Assembly: GCA_013265495.1 (NCBI GenBank)
Contig: MU058584.1
Span: 496,001-560,000 of the forward strand
Length of the DNA stretch: 64,000 bases
Direction of reading: 5' to 3'
From: Vicugna vicugna
Lineage: Eukaryota
Shown in pieces: positions 1-13,735 of the stretch. Both the position numbers and the translations under genes were made by a program. Position 1 is the first letter of the stretch. Each line of letters begins with the position of its first letter. The notes beneath the pieces were generated by a model. The model was given only the letters and a program-made list of their open reading frames with translations. It ran no database searches and was not told the origin of the DNA.

Positions 1-2088
1 AGGCTAACGGACCATCCTCTCATTAAGATTTCATAGGTTTCCCGGGACTGTAGAGAAATCTCCTTAGGCCTTCTTGCTTAGTGTCTTTTGTTTGGACCCT
101 GAAGAGGAAGTATGCAGCTTGTTAATGAGAGCGACAGATGGAAATTAAAGTTGAAGGCACTTGGAACCGGAGCAGAGGCCTCAGGTTTTGAGGCGGGGCT
201 CTAGGGAGGTGAGCCTGCTGGAGTAGGGAGTCAAGTTCACAGCCGCTGTGCCTCCGGGGCACAGCAGAGGGAGCATGAGAAACTTGGCCTTGGGAGGCGG
301 GTTGGCAAGCTGGCTCCACCACTGCCTTGCTGTGGTGGCTTGCTGGCTGACTAACAATAGGCAAACGTGTTGGGCATTTTACAGTAAGGAACATGCGGCC
401 TTGAGAATCCACATGCATGTGTTTTCTATGGTGGCTGGCATGTCACGAGAGGCTGGGACTGGTGAGTGGTTACAAAGGAGAAGGGATGTGAGGGTGGTAT
501 GTTCTGAGTTATAAACTACCGCAGTACTTTACAGTATACCACTGTTCACACTAAACCACAGATTACAGCTGTAAATGGGGAACAGGGCTGGGCTTTTTAC
601 CAACACAGCCCATGGAGTGGGCGGTATTGTCTTCCGTTTGCCGGTAGAGAGACTGACACTTAGATGGCTTGAGTTACTTACCTGGCCTCACACAGCTGAT
701 TGAGGCTCGATCTGGGGATTTGGATCTAGATCGTTCTCCAAACCTTTTTTTTTTTTTTTTTTGGCCAATATTCTTGCTGCCTATCCAGAGAGGCTCTTTG
801 TGGTCCATTTCAGTTTGGACATTCTATGATGCTGTCAAAATGCTTTTCTTCCAAAGGCCCTTTACAAAGCTGTTAGAGCTCCAGGAATAGTAGAGATTGA
901 ATGTGCTCATCAGTTAAACACATTTACATCTCCCTTGGGGCTGTGGAATCAGGAGGGTTAATTAGCATCTGTCAGGCTGTTTTTAAAGTAGTGGGAAGGA
1001 CTCAAGATGACCTTGAAGAGCATTTTATTTTGAGGAGGCTCCCAGGGTTTGTAGTATAGATTGGTCAGACTTTTTCCCGCCTTTCCAACAGCTTTTATTT
1101 ACAATGGTTCTTCCTCTGAAAGCTGGGATTTATTCTTTTCTGTGCTTGCCTATTCCACCCAGACCTGGTCCGACTGAAGGCAGCACCCTAGACCCTTCCC
1201 CAAATAGTTCTCTCTTCTTCAGCATCTTTTACTGTTTCTTGCAGAGAGACCAGGGTAGCTGGCCCAGGAGAGGGATTTGAATGTGAGTTATTTGCTCAGA
1301 AGTTGTGTGTGTGTGTGTTTTTGTTTTTTTTTTAACAGGATAGGCAGTGAATTGCTCTGAGCTATTTACTGATTCTCTGATTTCCTCTTTCATGACCTGC
1401 TGCTGCTGTGTGTACGGTGCTGATCAGGACAGGAGTCCCAGCCAAAGTGAGAGCTGTAATCAGTGGCCGTAGGGTGAAGAAGGTCAGATGAAATCCTTTG
1501 GAGAATGACCTCTGTAGGGTTGTAAACTCATTGCATGAATGAATTCTCATACACAAGAGAAATGCTGAAAAACCATGCTGGTGATTATTTTCTGTGTGAT
1601 CAAGCTAGCCCAGACTTTATGGTTAGTAATATGGTTAATAAAAATTCAGTAAATTAGAATAGAGACAAGGAGACAGGGAACAAATGAGCATCAGCCATGT
1701 ACTGAGCGCAGCCCATGAGACTGTCCAGCGTTGTGGCAGAATGATTGTTTTGCTCTGCTGTTCTCTGATGTGTCAGTAAACATTCCTGCAATGGTTTTCC
1801 TTTACTTTGGCTTCTGGGCTGAACTTAATCTTCTAATGGATTTTGCTCTCCTTCTAAAAGGTCTTTATTACATTCGAACTCCTTGTGAGTCCTTGGGACT
1901 TTCAGCTGTTGGTCAAAGCCTGCGTCGACGTGGACACTATTTAATTTACTGTTTCCTTTCTTACCTGCCCGTGTAAATTAATCATCTTCAAATGTTAGCG
2001 TCATGAGTCTTACTGTCACATTTGCTCCTCAACTTCTTTGCCTTCCTTCCTTCTCTCTCAGAGACATTTACTTACACACAAGGGGGTA

Positions 2089-2091
<3 letters not shown>

Positions 2092-2122
<31 letters not shown>
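2092..2122. repeat. (CA)n microsatellite
   Basis: About 15 uninterrupted CA units. Confidence 0.95.
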
Positions 2123-2124
<2 letters not shown>

Positions 2125-5100
2125 TCTCTGGCTTGTTATGTGGAGTAACAAGGTCTCCTGTCTCTGGGTGTCTCTGAGTGGATGATGATTATGCAAAAGT
2201 CACCTCTCATTGAGTCTCAGAGTCACTCATGAATTTGATCTGAGTCTGGGATTTTGGTTTTTCACATTGTCCGCTAGAGCTGATTCAGAGTGTGCCGCCT
2301 TATTTAGGAATTAACTTCTTTTCGATGATCTCTTAATGATTCCAGGACCTTCAGTCATTTAAACACTACTTAAGCACCTTCCACTTACAGGGCATTTGAA
2401 TGGATGCCCAAACTTTTTCATTATGAGAAGTATGCTACTTAAAATTTCACCAAACTAATATTTTTGACCCATCAGATTGGGAGAAGTCCAAAATTTGACA
2501 AGTTTCTCTGTTAAGGATGATGCAATGTCCCTGATGGTATTGACATTCCAAATGATTCCTAGGGGAAACTGACTTTTGTACAAGTCTTTCCCAAGGATTG
2601 GTCAGAAAGCTTGGGTGTTAGAGGTGAAAGGGCCATACTAGATGGGAGACAGATGCACGGAAAGAGTTGGTGGGACATCCAAAATAATAAAAAACTTAGC
2701 TTGTTACAGAGCCACCCACATTCAGGCCTTGAATCCATGACAAATGCTGCAGAGCCTTCGTGGTTGGAGGAGACTAGAAAGGGAGCTCTATCCAGAACTT
2801 AGCAAAAGCCAGGGAGTTAACGCATCGGGAGGACAGTGGAAGCCAGTGGGTTTCTCTGCTCACATCTGTATGTGATTTTTCTAATAAGTGCTGCCAGAGA
2901 ATGCTATGAGCAGTAAGAAATCCGAGTTCAAATCTGGTACCTACACAAGAGTCGTCAAAAGGCAACATCATCCTTAGTGATAGTGGGTCGGGGCGGTGGT
3001 GGCAGGGAGGTGGCCCCCATCTGCTGCATGTGTGGGATCTTGAGGCCTCGATTGCCTTCTTAGTGCTGTGGATCACCTTGATTGCAACCCTTGGTTTCCG
3101 CAGCTGACTTAGCCATGCATCTCTAGATTTCTTTACTGGCTGTAGAAACCTCTCTTTTTTTAAACTAAATTTCAGAGAGGACATTTCTCCCTTTGAAGCA
3201 ACTCTATTAATCAAATGTGCCAGATTTTTTTTTATCTTGATTTGATTATTTAAAAAATTGGCCATGAATTGTGCCCCGGCTAAATTTTGAGCCTTATTTT
3301 AACCACTCCTCTCGTTCACTTCCTCCAAATGCACGGTGCTGTTTGTATTTCCTGAATGCTGTGTTGGTACCTGGAGGCCACCGCATGTGTTTTTCTTGCT
3401 CATTCTCTCCCAGCCCTCATATTCCCCTCCTACCTTGTCTTCCTGTCAAACCTCTAGTCATCCTTCCACTTTACCACACAGTGTTTATAACATTAATCAG
3501 AATTGTTAGACACTTGTCTTCTCACTTGTCTGGGAGCCCTGAGACCAGGAATTTTCGTCTGACCTGCTTGTAAAGCAGTGACTCCTTTCCCCTGTATCTC
3601 CCAACAGGAGGGTGGGATGTGGGGGCGGTGACGGTGGTGGGGGTGGCTGGGGAAGAATTGATAAAAGAGCAGCCCAGTTGGATAGGAAGCATAGGTGCAG
3701 CTCCCCCCACCCACCTTGTCTGTTACCTTTTCCTTTCCCGTGAATCTAACTCTACTTCCCTCCGTTCTCCTCACCTACCTTAGTTTGTTTCCTGGTTGAC
3801 ACGTAAGTGGTCTCTTGTAGTTCCATGTGTTTTATATCCTCTGGCTTGACCCTCAGCTCTGGATGTTTGTGTCTCCCCATAGGCTAAGCCCTTACGGTCT
3901 ACGGTGGAAAACTGACAGTCGTACCTGTCTCACCTGTTGCAGGATTCTGGCAGGTGTTGGCTGTCACTCTGTGTCATTGGTATTTCTTTATGCTGCTTCT
4001 TGCATGTGAGTCTTCAGGAGAGGGAGAGCTCCCGCAAACAAGTCTACCACTAGGATGAGTAAATGAGTCTTTTAGGACTTACTGTCTTTAAATAGTGAGG
4101 TTTGAGTGCCTATTTAAGCCTAGTGGATTTGACCTAAGGTCGATTACAAAGGAATAGTCCTGGGCTTGGCAGGCTGTTCTGTGGGGGTTCATAGTGGCAT
4201 GCACAGGACGATGATTAGTTGATTCCATTAGGACCCTTTCCCTCGGCTTGTAAACTTTATGGCTTCCATACTCGCCGTTGCTCAGGAAGAGAAGAAACGA
4301 CAGCCTGTAACCTCTGATACTGTTGCTTGATTGTGGTTCTCAGCTGGGACAGAGCTCACGTTTGAAGGCGTGTGGTCTCTCTGGGACCACACTCTTTGCA
4401 CTCTCATCTTTTCTGAGTTAGACTGCTTTTGAATGACTGGTTTGGGCAACATTTGCAGCCTTTGAAAAGACTGTCCCACATCCAGAAAGGCATTCCTAAG
4501 ATGTTTCTGGAGCTGTGAATCGGGCAGTTAATTATAAACACTTGAAAGAATGTGCTAGTTACTCCCCCTAAGCACAGTGGGCCATTTCTGACAATACTAG
4601 TGTAGTCTCTTATGTTTATATAAACAATCAGAAGATGGTACTAGTATCTGATTTTTTTTCTTCATGAACTTTTTTATTTTTGTTATTAATTTTGAAAATG
4701 TTCTGTTCAGGTTTTGTAAAATAGTTTGACTTTGCCATTCTTTGTGTCCAATTTCATATAGTTCCATTGTTGAATATTTGCATGATTGTGGCTTGGTTCT
4801 TATATTTTCTTTTGGAGTCTGACTGCATATGAGATTGTTTTTCTTTCTTAGTTGAACTGCCAAAAAAATCATTAAAGTTACTCTCAATTCTGTTAAGTTT
4901 ATAGCAAATAAATACATAAAGGCAAAAAGCATTTTAAAATGTTAAATGTTTTTAAAAGCATTAAAACATTAACATGTGTATGTTATAGAGTTACAAGTCT
5001 TATTTTAAGAATAGCTAAATTTCTTAAATCTGGCTTACACAAAGTAGAATGGATTACATTTCAGAAAGAAGTTTAGCGGTTGTATTTTCTAGTTGCATTT

Positions 5101-6320
5101 ATTCCCCATTTATTTGTAATTTAAAAATCTCTTTGTGCTTGTATTTTTCTCCAAAGAAACTAAAACACCCTTATTAAAAAAACACTTTAGCTAACAGCTT
5201 GCATATTCCAATTGCACTGTTTGGGTTTTGTTGTCTTTGAGAATCCTCTGTAGTTTGTCCCCCTTTGAGAATGTAGTGATGTTGTTTCTATGGAAACAGT
5301 GACATCATGGGTATGAAAGGGGCTTAGTGACCACCAAGAGTGCCATATATCAAGGCCAGTGATAGAGCCCAGCTTTACCTATGAAGTTGTTAATGGGGCT
5401 CTGTTGTCAGCAACTTGAAATATATGTGACTGGGAGGAAAGTAGACTTGTGTAGCGATTCTGGACAGCCCATATGGAGTGAGTGTGTGTTTGTGAAGCCA
5501 TGTGTATGTGATTATCAAATAAGTCCTGCTTCACAGTTTGACATTCGGATTCCCAGGTCTGTAGGGTGGAACCTTGAAATCTATGAAATCAGGTTCCCAG
5601 TGTCTATGGAAGGAATGAGGGAGAAATATGTCTCCAGGGTTTGGTATCCAGATACATAAGTCTCACAGTGTCAGCATTAGTACAAGAAGGAATTCGGTAA
5701 TGCATGTAATAGATGGGCATTGATATACAGTAGACATATAGTTTAACTTGAATACATTTAAACATTCTCTAAATATAAATGACTTTTGATGAGTAATACA
5801 TACAAGTTGTAACTAATTGAACAGAGCCAGAGTCTTATTAAGCAGCATACCATAACTTATATATCCAGAGAGTATAGCCCTTTTCAGATGGGTGGTCTGG
5901 AAAGGCTAAGCTCTTAATTCAGTGCTCCCACTTTTGGTTTTTGCCTTTCCTGTTTTAGAACTGCACCCAAATCTTGCAGCTCACTCTTTTGGCTGTTATG
6001 AGGATATATGACCCCCCCCTTTTTTTTTTAATGGTCCAAATCACTTGGAACCAAATCTAACGCTTGCCTATCTTGATAACTCAACTTATGGCTATTCCAG
6101 TTAAAAATGAGGTGTCATTACAAAGTCATGAGACTGATAATGGTGTAATTTATATATTGGTTCTGAAATAACTTCTGAAAGTGATCTACTCAAAATTTCA
6201 GGCAGTAATTATTTCATTAGAATTTATTACATTCCCAAGGTGACTGCTTTGAGAGTTAACGTTTATTCGGATGTATAAGTTCAGGTATACTTGACAGAAA
6301 TTAATCTGACAAACAAATGC

Positions 6321-6687
6321 TGCCTTAAGTCCATTCTGGCTGTTGTAACAGATACGGTAGACTTGGTGGCTTACAAACAACAGAAACTTACGTCTGACAG
6401 TTCTGGAAGTCCAGGATATCAAGGCACTTGATATGGTTGAGTTCTGGTAAGGGCCCTCTTCCAGGTTGTAGATGGTCATTTTCTCATGGTGTCTTCACTT
6501 AGCAGAAAGGGTGAGAGAGCTCCATGGGGCTTATTTTTAAAATAAGGATACTAGTCTCATTCATGATGACTCCACTCTTAAGGCCTAAACACCTCCCAGA
6601 AGCCTCACTTCGTAGTACCATCCCATTGGGGATTAGGATTTCAACACAGAAATTTTGGAGGGACACAAACTTTCAGTCCATAAAACA
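6321..6687 (-). mobile_element. MaLR solo LTR (MLT1A-like)
   Basis: Ends tgccttaagtccattctggctg... and ...ttcagtccataaaaca; typical MLT1A internal motifs; about 365 bp. Confidence 0.8.
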
Positions 6688-6827
6688 GAGAAAAATCTTA
6701 CTTAGAATCAGAGAATGAGATTCTCTGTATAAGTAAAATTTAAGCTTCCCCCTCTAAGTGTTAGTCCTATCTTTCAAAATTAATCATTTAATTGAAATAT
6801 TTCATGATCAATCATGCCCTGTTTCTT

Positions 6828-7677
6828 TTTTTTTTCCTTTTAAATTGAAATATAATCAATTTACCATGTGTTAATTTCTGGTGCACAGCATAATGTTTTA
6901 ATCATACGTATACATACATATGTTCCCTTTCATATTCTTTTTCATTGTAGGTTACTCCAAGATATTGAATATAGTTCCCTGTGTTATACAGTAGAAACTT
7001 GTTGTTTATTATTTATATTTACTTGTTAGTATCTGCACATCTTGAACTCCCAATTTATCCCTTCCCACCCCTTTCCCCCCTGAGAAACCATGTTTGTTTT
7101 CTAAATAAGTACATTTGTGTCTTTTTTTTTTTTTAGATTCCACGTATAAGTGATATCATATGGTATTTTTCTTTCCCTTTCTGGCTTGCTTCACTTAGAA
7201 TGATGATCTCCAGGTCCATCCACATTGTTGCAAATGACATTATTCTATTCTTTTTTATGGCTGAATAGCATTCCATAGTATAAATATACCACAACTTCTT
7301 TATCGAGTCATCTGTTGATAGACATTTAGGTTGTTTCCATATCTTGGCTGTTGTAAATAGTCCTGCTGTGAACATTGGGATGCACATATCTTTTTGAATT
7401 AGAGTTCCTTCTGGATATATGCCTAGGAGTGGCATTACTGGATCATAGGATAAGTCTATTTTCAGTTTTTTAAGGACTCTCCATACTCTTTTCCATTAAT
7501 AGCTGCACCAAACTATATTCCTACCACCAACAGTGTAGGAGGGTTCCCTTTTCTCCACACCCTCTCCAGCATTTATCATTTGTGGGCTTTTTAATGATGG
7601 CCATTCTGACTAGTGTGAGGTCATATCTCACGTAGTTGTGATTTGCATTTCTCTGATAATTGGCAATGTTGAGCATT
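6828..7677 (-). mobile_element. 5'-truncated LINE-1 (ORF2 C-terminus + 3'UTR + polyA) with target-site duplication
   Basis: ORF 7133-7435 (PLLGIYP...WYIYTMECYSAIKK...MISLI) is the L1 ORF2 C-terminus. Poly-T on + at about 6826-6840. TSD tcatgccctgtt(t/c)ctt at 6812-6827 and 7678-7693. Confidence 0.93.
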
Positions 7678-7965
7678 TCATGCCCTGTTCCTTAAACAAG
7701 CTTTACAGCATGAAACAACTTTTTTTCCCCTATTCGCTCAAAGCCATTATTTTGAATTCTCTTTGTAATATTGGACCAAAATAAAGTGCAGCTGCCCTCA
7801 GAGATCGTTGAGGGAGTGCAGTGCTAATTTATTCTCACTTTATATGTCACAAGTTGCTCCATTTTTTTGTTTGTGTATGTTTAGTTTTCCTCTACTTTAT
7901 TTTTGTTTTACCCCTTGCTTTTAGATGACTGGTATTTGCTTTTTGCAGCTGTCAGTGTGCCTGAC

Positions 7966-8395
7966 TGTGCTAGGCTGAATTATGGCCCCTAAAAAATGTT
8001 TGTGTCCTGATGTTACTTTTCATAGCAAAAGGGACTTTTACAGATAGGATTATTCTCCCACATGGAGATCTTTTACTTATCCTGGTTTATCCAGATGGAC
8101 ACAATATAATCACAAGGGCAAGAAGGGTCCTTCTAAGGGCAAGACAGGAGAGTCAGAGAGATTTGAAGATGCTGTGCTGCTGACTTTGATGATGAATGAA
8201 GAGACAGGGAGCTAAGGAGTGCTGGTAACATTTAGAAGCTGAAAAAGTGAAGGAAATGGATTCTCCAGAAGTAATAGAGCCCTGTGGACTCATTTTAGGC
8301 TTCTGACCTCCAGAACTATAAGATGTTAAATTTGTGTCATTTTAAGCCACTGAATGTGTGGTCATTTGTTATAGCAGCCACAGGGAACTAATACA
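7966..8395 (+). mobile_element. MaLR solo LTR (MLT1D-like)
   Basis: TG...CA ends (tgtgctaggctgaat...ggaactaataca); 5-bp TSD ctgac/ctgcc. Confidence 0.85.
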
Positions 8396-9649
8396 CTGCC
8401 CCTGGCTGTTGCCTTCCTAATTTGATGCATTAAATCAGATGACTGAATTTGTTAGAAATATACCATCTGCCCAACAAACATTTGTTATCCATTTTGTGTC
8501 AATTGTTGAGAATGAAATGACACAGTGTGTCCCAGATCTTAGCTTTGCTATGCACCCCGTCCAGGTGGGAGATTGAGCTGGGAAAAGACAGATAAACACA
8601 TCTTTGTGATCTAACGTTATTAGGTGCTGAAATTGAATTATGAACAAAGAATGGTAGGACATTCAGGGAAGGGGCGACTGTCTTATTTTGAGGGATCCAG
8701 AATGTTCGTGTCTTACAGAATGCAAAACGTGATTGGTGGGGAGAGGAAGTGTGAAAGGGGAGTCTTGCCTGATTGAAAAAGTGGTAGATGGGCAAAGACC
8801 ATTCCAGATAATGAAGAATGCATAAATCACCCTCACTTGGTTTTCTTTTGCGGGCAGTCAGTGAAGACACCTGCAGGCACTCACACCCATTTTGGTTTTG
8901 TAAGGCCCTTTTTGCCTTTCCTGCACGTTGGATATTTAGTCCTTCAAGCTGCAAAATTTCACCCACGGATAAGAGAAGCATCAATTACATATAAAAATAA
9001 ACCAAAGGCACACTTAACTTATGGCCAGTGTACTTTCTGGAATATTCCTAAGGTCCTCATTCTTTCATTGACCATAGCAAAGAGCAGCTTCTGATCCTAA
9101 GAAGATCGGGGCTCTTATGAACTTTCCTCATCCAATCCTAGAACAGTGAGTAGTGTCATGAAATATAACCAGTTTCCCTTTTAGTCTAATTTTTTTTTTT
9201 TGAGGGAAGGGTAACTTCATCATGGTAGTAATCTAGTGATATTCTATTAGGAAGATTTTCTTAATCCACAGCATGAGGGAATGAAGAACACAGAATCATA
9301 TTTAGATTAGCTTATGTTGTAATGAAGGGAAAACAGGGCATCTTGTTCACCAAGAATTTATAGCTACTTTAATTGCAAATTATATAAAATGATTTAGCAT
9401 CCCTTTGTTCCTACTTAGCAGTTATCCTTGCATCTGAAGTATTTGAGTACCAGCTAAGTGCAAAGCATTGTTTAAAGTGCTGAGGGAGGTTTAAAGCTAG
9501 CAGTAATCTTAGTAGTACCATAAAAAACAACATTTAATCATTTAGCATATTTATTGAGCACTTTAAATGAGCCTAGGTACTCTTCTAATCTCTTAGCTAT
9601 ATTATCTTGTTTGATCTTCCGAAGAATTGCTTACTTTCTGCCCATACTT

Positions 9650-10900
9650 TATTTTCTTACCTCTCACTCATCTTAAACTGACTCCCAGCCCCATCTTTCT
9701 GCCAGAATAATTCTTGTTAAAAGAATTAGTGATTACTCTCTCCAAACCCGCTGGATGTTTTTCTGTCATCTCCTTGACTTCGTAGGAACATTGGTCACCA
9801 TTGATCATCATCACTTCCTTTAAAGTTTTTGGCTTTGTCAGTATATCACACCTTCAAGATTTTACCCCCTCTGGCCATCCTTTCTATTGATTCCTATATG
9901 ATTGACTCATATAGGACTTGCTGATAGTCCAAAATTGATCCAAAAAGTGGCATTTTCCTGTGGTTTCATGGAGAAGTGGATCCCCTATTGTAGTCTGTAA
10001 ATATTAGAGTTCTCTCTTTACTCTCCCCTCAGGTAATCTCATATACATTCACAACTATACACAGACAATCCAGAATTTGTATTTCTGGCTTAGACCTCCA
10101 ACTCCAAATTTTTATTTTTCCCACTGCTTACTTAACACCTCCTCTTGGATTTCTCAAAGATACGTCAGTGTATCATCATGTCCAGAATCAAATTTTGCTT
10201 TTTCTTCCATGAATCTGGTTCTGTTCCAGTTATCCTGGTCCAGTGACTGGCACCACGATGTATACAGTTGCATAAACATTAGAAACCTCTCTCTCAGTTC
10301 CTTGTTCTTTCTTCAGTTCCATATCCAGTCCAGCTCCAGGTAAAGTCACATTTACCTCTGAACTAGTTCTTGAATCCTCCTGCTTCTGCCCATCTCTGCC
10401 ACTGTCCTAGTGCTTCTGGCTCAAGTGAACTATTACAGGAACACCTGAATGGTCTTCCAGCACTTTGCCAGCCTTGCCCCCACCCTTGGTCTGTTCTTCA
10501 TACTATGATCAGAGTGAGCTTTTGAAATCAGAATCTTTAGCCATACTTCATCCTCTCAACTTAAACATGCCCGTGCTTCCTTTTCCTCTTAGGCTAAAGG
10601 CCATGCTTCTTAACATGGCCTTAGAAGTGCAAGGGGGCCCCCTGTCTACGTCTTTAGCCTCTTTTCGCTGCTCCTCTCCTTGTCTTTCCTGGGGTCACAC
10701 TGATTTTCTTTCCATTCTTGTGGCCTCTGTACTCCCTCCAGCCCAGGGTTTTTGCCTGTGTGGTGACATTTGCCTGGAATATCTTTCCTCCCTTCTTTGC
10801 CTAATTAGCTTCTATTTGTGATTTAAATGTTAGGTGTCACTTCCTCGAGGAAGCCTTTCTTTTCTTTCTTGACTAGAGCACATCTTCCTCATATAAGCTC
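9650..10900 (+). mobile_element. LINE-2 fragment (3' part)
   Basis: Degenerate C/T-rich L2 motifs (ctccttgactt..., cctcttggatttctc..., cacttcctcgaggaagcctt). Confidence 0.7.
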
Positions 10901-10969
10901 ATTTTCCTTATGAAAATCCTCAGTTACAGTTTTACGTGAATTTGTGTGATTCTTAACAACTCCAGGTTA

Positions 10970-11082
10970 GACTGATCCCATTTTACAGAAGAGGTTTGGA
11001 ACTGGGGTGGCTGATGTGCCTGAAACCATTCAGCTAGAAGGTGACTGAGCTGAGACTTGAACCCAAATCTGTGTGACTTTGT
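10970..11082 (-). mobile_element. MIR SINE fragment
   Basis: cccattttacagaagagg...gagctgagacttgaacccaaatctgtgtgact. Confidence 0.7.
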
Positions 11083-11084
11083 AT

Positions 11085-11510
11085 TTAATAATGTTAAGTT
11101 CAGTTGTGAGGAACAGAAAAACCTAAAATGACAGAAGCTTACACAAGGTAGAAGTTTTTCTTTCTCATGTAAATATTGTCCCAAGGTGGTTTGGTAGCCT
11201 TGGTGTCAGAGATGTTGGCTCCACCTGAAGTTGCCTTGACTTTTTGGTCCAACATGGCTTTGTCTGAGGCCAGGAAGGGGCAAAGGAGATGCACATAACT
11301 GTCTCTTAAGGAAGATTTCTCGAAGCTGCCATAGGGTACTTCTGTTTATGTCCCATTGGCTAGAACTTAGCCTTATGGCCAAATCAACTGCAAGAGAGGC
11401 TGGGAAACGAAGTCATTACTCTGGGTGGCTATATGCCAGTTAAAAATTGGGGTTCTGTTACTGTAGGAGGAGAAAGCAATGTGTATCAGGAAGTTACAGG
11501 TAATCTCTGC
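11085..11510. mobile_element. Old MaLR LTR (MLT1J/K-like)
   Basis: cccattggctagaacttag...ctgcaagagaggctgggaaa motif typical of old MLT1 LTRs. Confidence 0.6.
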
Positions 11511-12949
11511 ATAAGACTGTGAAACCTAAGTTCTTGACCACTGGGCTGCAAGTTCCTGGTTCCCAGGCTCTCCATTTTACTGGGGAAGCAAAATATAAAC
11601 AAGTGAAAGTTAACAGTGAAAGAGAAATATCAGTGAAGTCATGTCAGTAATAGGATGTTGCCAAGCATGTGGCGTGTGTACGGGAACGCCAGATGCTGTT
11701 TGCTGATATCCGGGAAGGCTTTAGGTGTTAAGTGGGCATGGAGGTCTATAACCATGAATCACCTGGTAAGAAGATTCTGATTCCCTTTCATTTCTGATTT
11801 CCCTTTCTGATATCAACACCTGATGCTAATTATCTTTACCGCCACTTTAATACTGGCTATCAGAGGATCACTTTTTAATCTCATTGGTGTCAGTGACCCC
11901 ATTGTCTTCTGGTTCTTGGCATTTTTCTCCCTATTGAGTCTTATATGTGGTTACTTTTGTTGTTGAAGGCTTTGACCAAAGGGCTATCTGTCTTCATTTT
12001 CTGGGATAGTTCTGCATTGTCTTCTGTTGAATGCTGGGTTTCTAACTAGTCCTGATAGAAGAACCTGTTAATTGTTAAAACATTTCACCAGGATGCTTAT
12101 AATTCTCACCTTTTGTCCTTTTCTTCCTAGCAGATACACATTTCAGTAGTGAGCCATGGAATGTTAGGCCACAGTATAATGACTGCATTTCTGTAGCTGT
12201 TAAGTTGGTGGTAAAGTGAATTCTTAACAGAGGCACATGGAAGACTCGACCCCTTTTTACAGTTTCTGAAAATAATGGAATCATTGCATTCTGCTACTAG
12301 TTCCTGTGCCTAAGAGCTTCCTCTCTCTTCTGTGGCACAAAGTAGTGGAGGTGGCCCATATGGTTCTTGTCTCTTTTGTTTGTTGGTGGCAGCGGTCAGA
12401 CAAATAGAAACAGGTCATAATGACATATAGTGAGTAATTGCTTGGACTTTGACCCAGCCAAAGAAAGATGTGTAGTAGCCCTGGTGTAAGTAGAAAAACT
12501 AGCAGGTGATCAAAGTGCTGTATCTGCCCCACTGTTTGAAGAGAGAAGACGCTGCTTCTGTTAGAGCTTTAACATCGCTAAAACTGGTGTGGAGAATCAC
12601 ACAGAACTTCCCCAGAGGGCCCTACCCATGTTAGGGAATGGTCATGAAACCTGGTGGATTCTCCATGTATTGATCTTTTCCTCACAAAGCCTCACTGAAA
12701 TAACCATTAGAACAAAGAACAGGAGAGGAAGTGATCAATAAAAAGATTTCAGTGACTTTTTAAAAAAAGACAGAATTGATGACTTCAATTGAACAGAGGC
12801 AGCATCAGATGACGGATGTGGGAGAACTCTGGAAAGGCTCAAGATGCAGAGGGTACCAGTTGTTGCAAAAGGCAGAGGTAAAATGCCAAGATATTAAAAA
12901 AACAATCTTAAGTAGAAGTCTTCATATTGAATTGGTGAGACCCTAGAAC

Positions 12950-13735
12950 TCTCTCCTTGTTTCAGAATATTGATGGTGAGAAGGTTTATCTCTGACAAAA
13001 CCGAATGGGCCCAGAGAAGAGATATGTAGGCCTTGACATTTGAAGATTCCTGAAACTGGAAGGCCAGTTGGCATCCTCATCCCTCTACAGGGAAGCTCCC
13101 TTGTCAGTGAGACTAGCCCCACCCACACGCAGAGCATTTCCAGTCAGCTTTTGACTTTCTTCTCAAATAGGGGTGGGCAGCCCAGAATCATGAACTATTT
13201 GAGGAAGTGATCCAGATAATAAACAGAGAAACAAAAATAAATAACTGGAAGGAGGAAGCTGGAGAAAACAGCAGAATACTTGAAAAAAACAAAACTAGAG
13301 TTAAGACACTATATCCTAAAATAAAAACAGGATGCTATGAAAAAAAATAATCAGAGAACTCTCCAAAATTAAAAATAGGATGGTCAAACTAAAAAAAGAA
13401 GTCAGTTGAAAGGCTGAGAGAGAGAGACAGAGAGAGAGCAGAGAAGGGAGAAGAGAGAGGAAGAGAAATCTGCCAAAAATTAGAGTCAAAATACAAGGTA
13501 GGAAAGAAAAGATTAGCACATCAGAGAATCAACCTGGGAAGTCCAACATCTGATAAACATGGGTTTTTAAAACCGAGAGAACAGAAAAAAACAAATAGGA
13601 GGAGTTTGTCAAGCAATGTAAGAAAAATGATAGATTGAAGTTTTCAGATGGAAAGAACCCACTGAATAACCAGCACAGTGAAAAGGAAAGGACTCGAGTA
13701 TTCAAGGCACATCCAGGCAAACCAAGGCACCTCAA
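12950..13735 (+). mobile_element. Ancient L1ME/HAL1-like 5'/ORF1-region fragment
   Basis: A-rich degenerate ORF1-like sequence (aagtccaacatctgataa..., gaaagaacccactgaataaccagcaca). Confidence 0.55.

Noticed and set aside
2774..3265. 163-aa minus-strand ORF
   Set aside because: No recognisable homology; the length is compatible with chance in 64 kb over six frames.
7133..7435. 100-aa ORF with protein-like composition
   Set aside because: It is the LINE-1 ORF2 C-terminus within a truncated L1, not a host gene.
10010..10040. Pyrimidine tract + CAG|GTAATC resembling a recursive splice site
   Set aside because: It lies inside a naturally C/T-rich L2 fragment and has no other support.
11775..11811. 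Short tandem duplication ttctgattccctttc
   Set aside because: Ordinary slippage duplication with about two copies; not an array.
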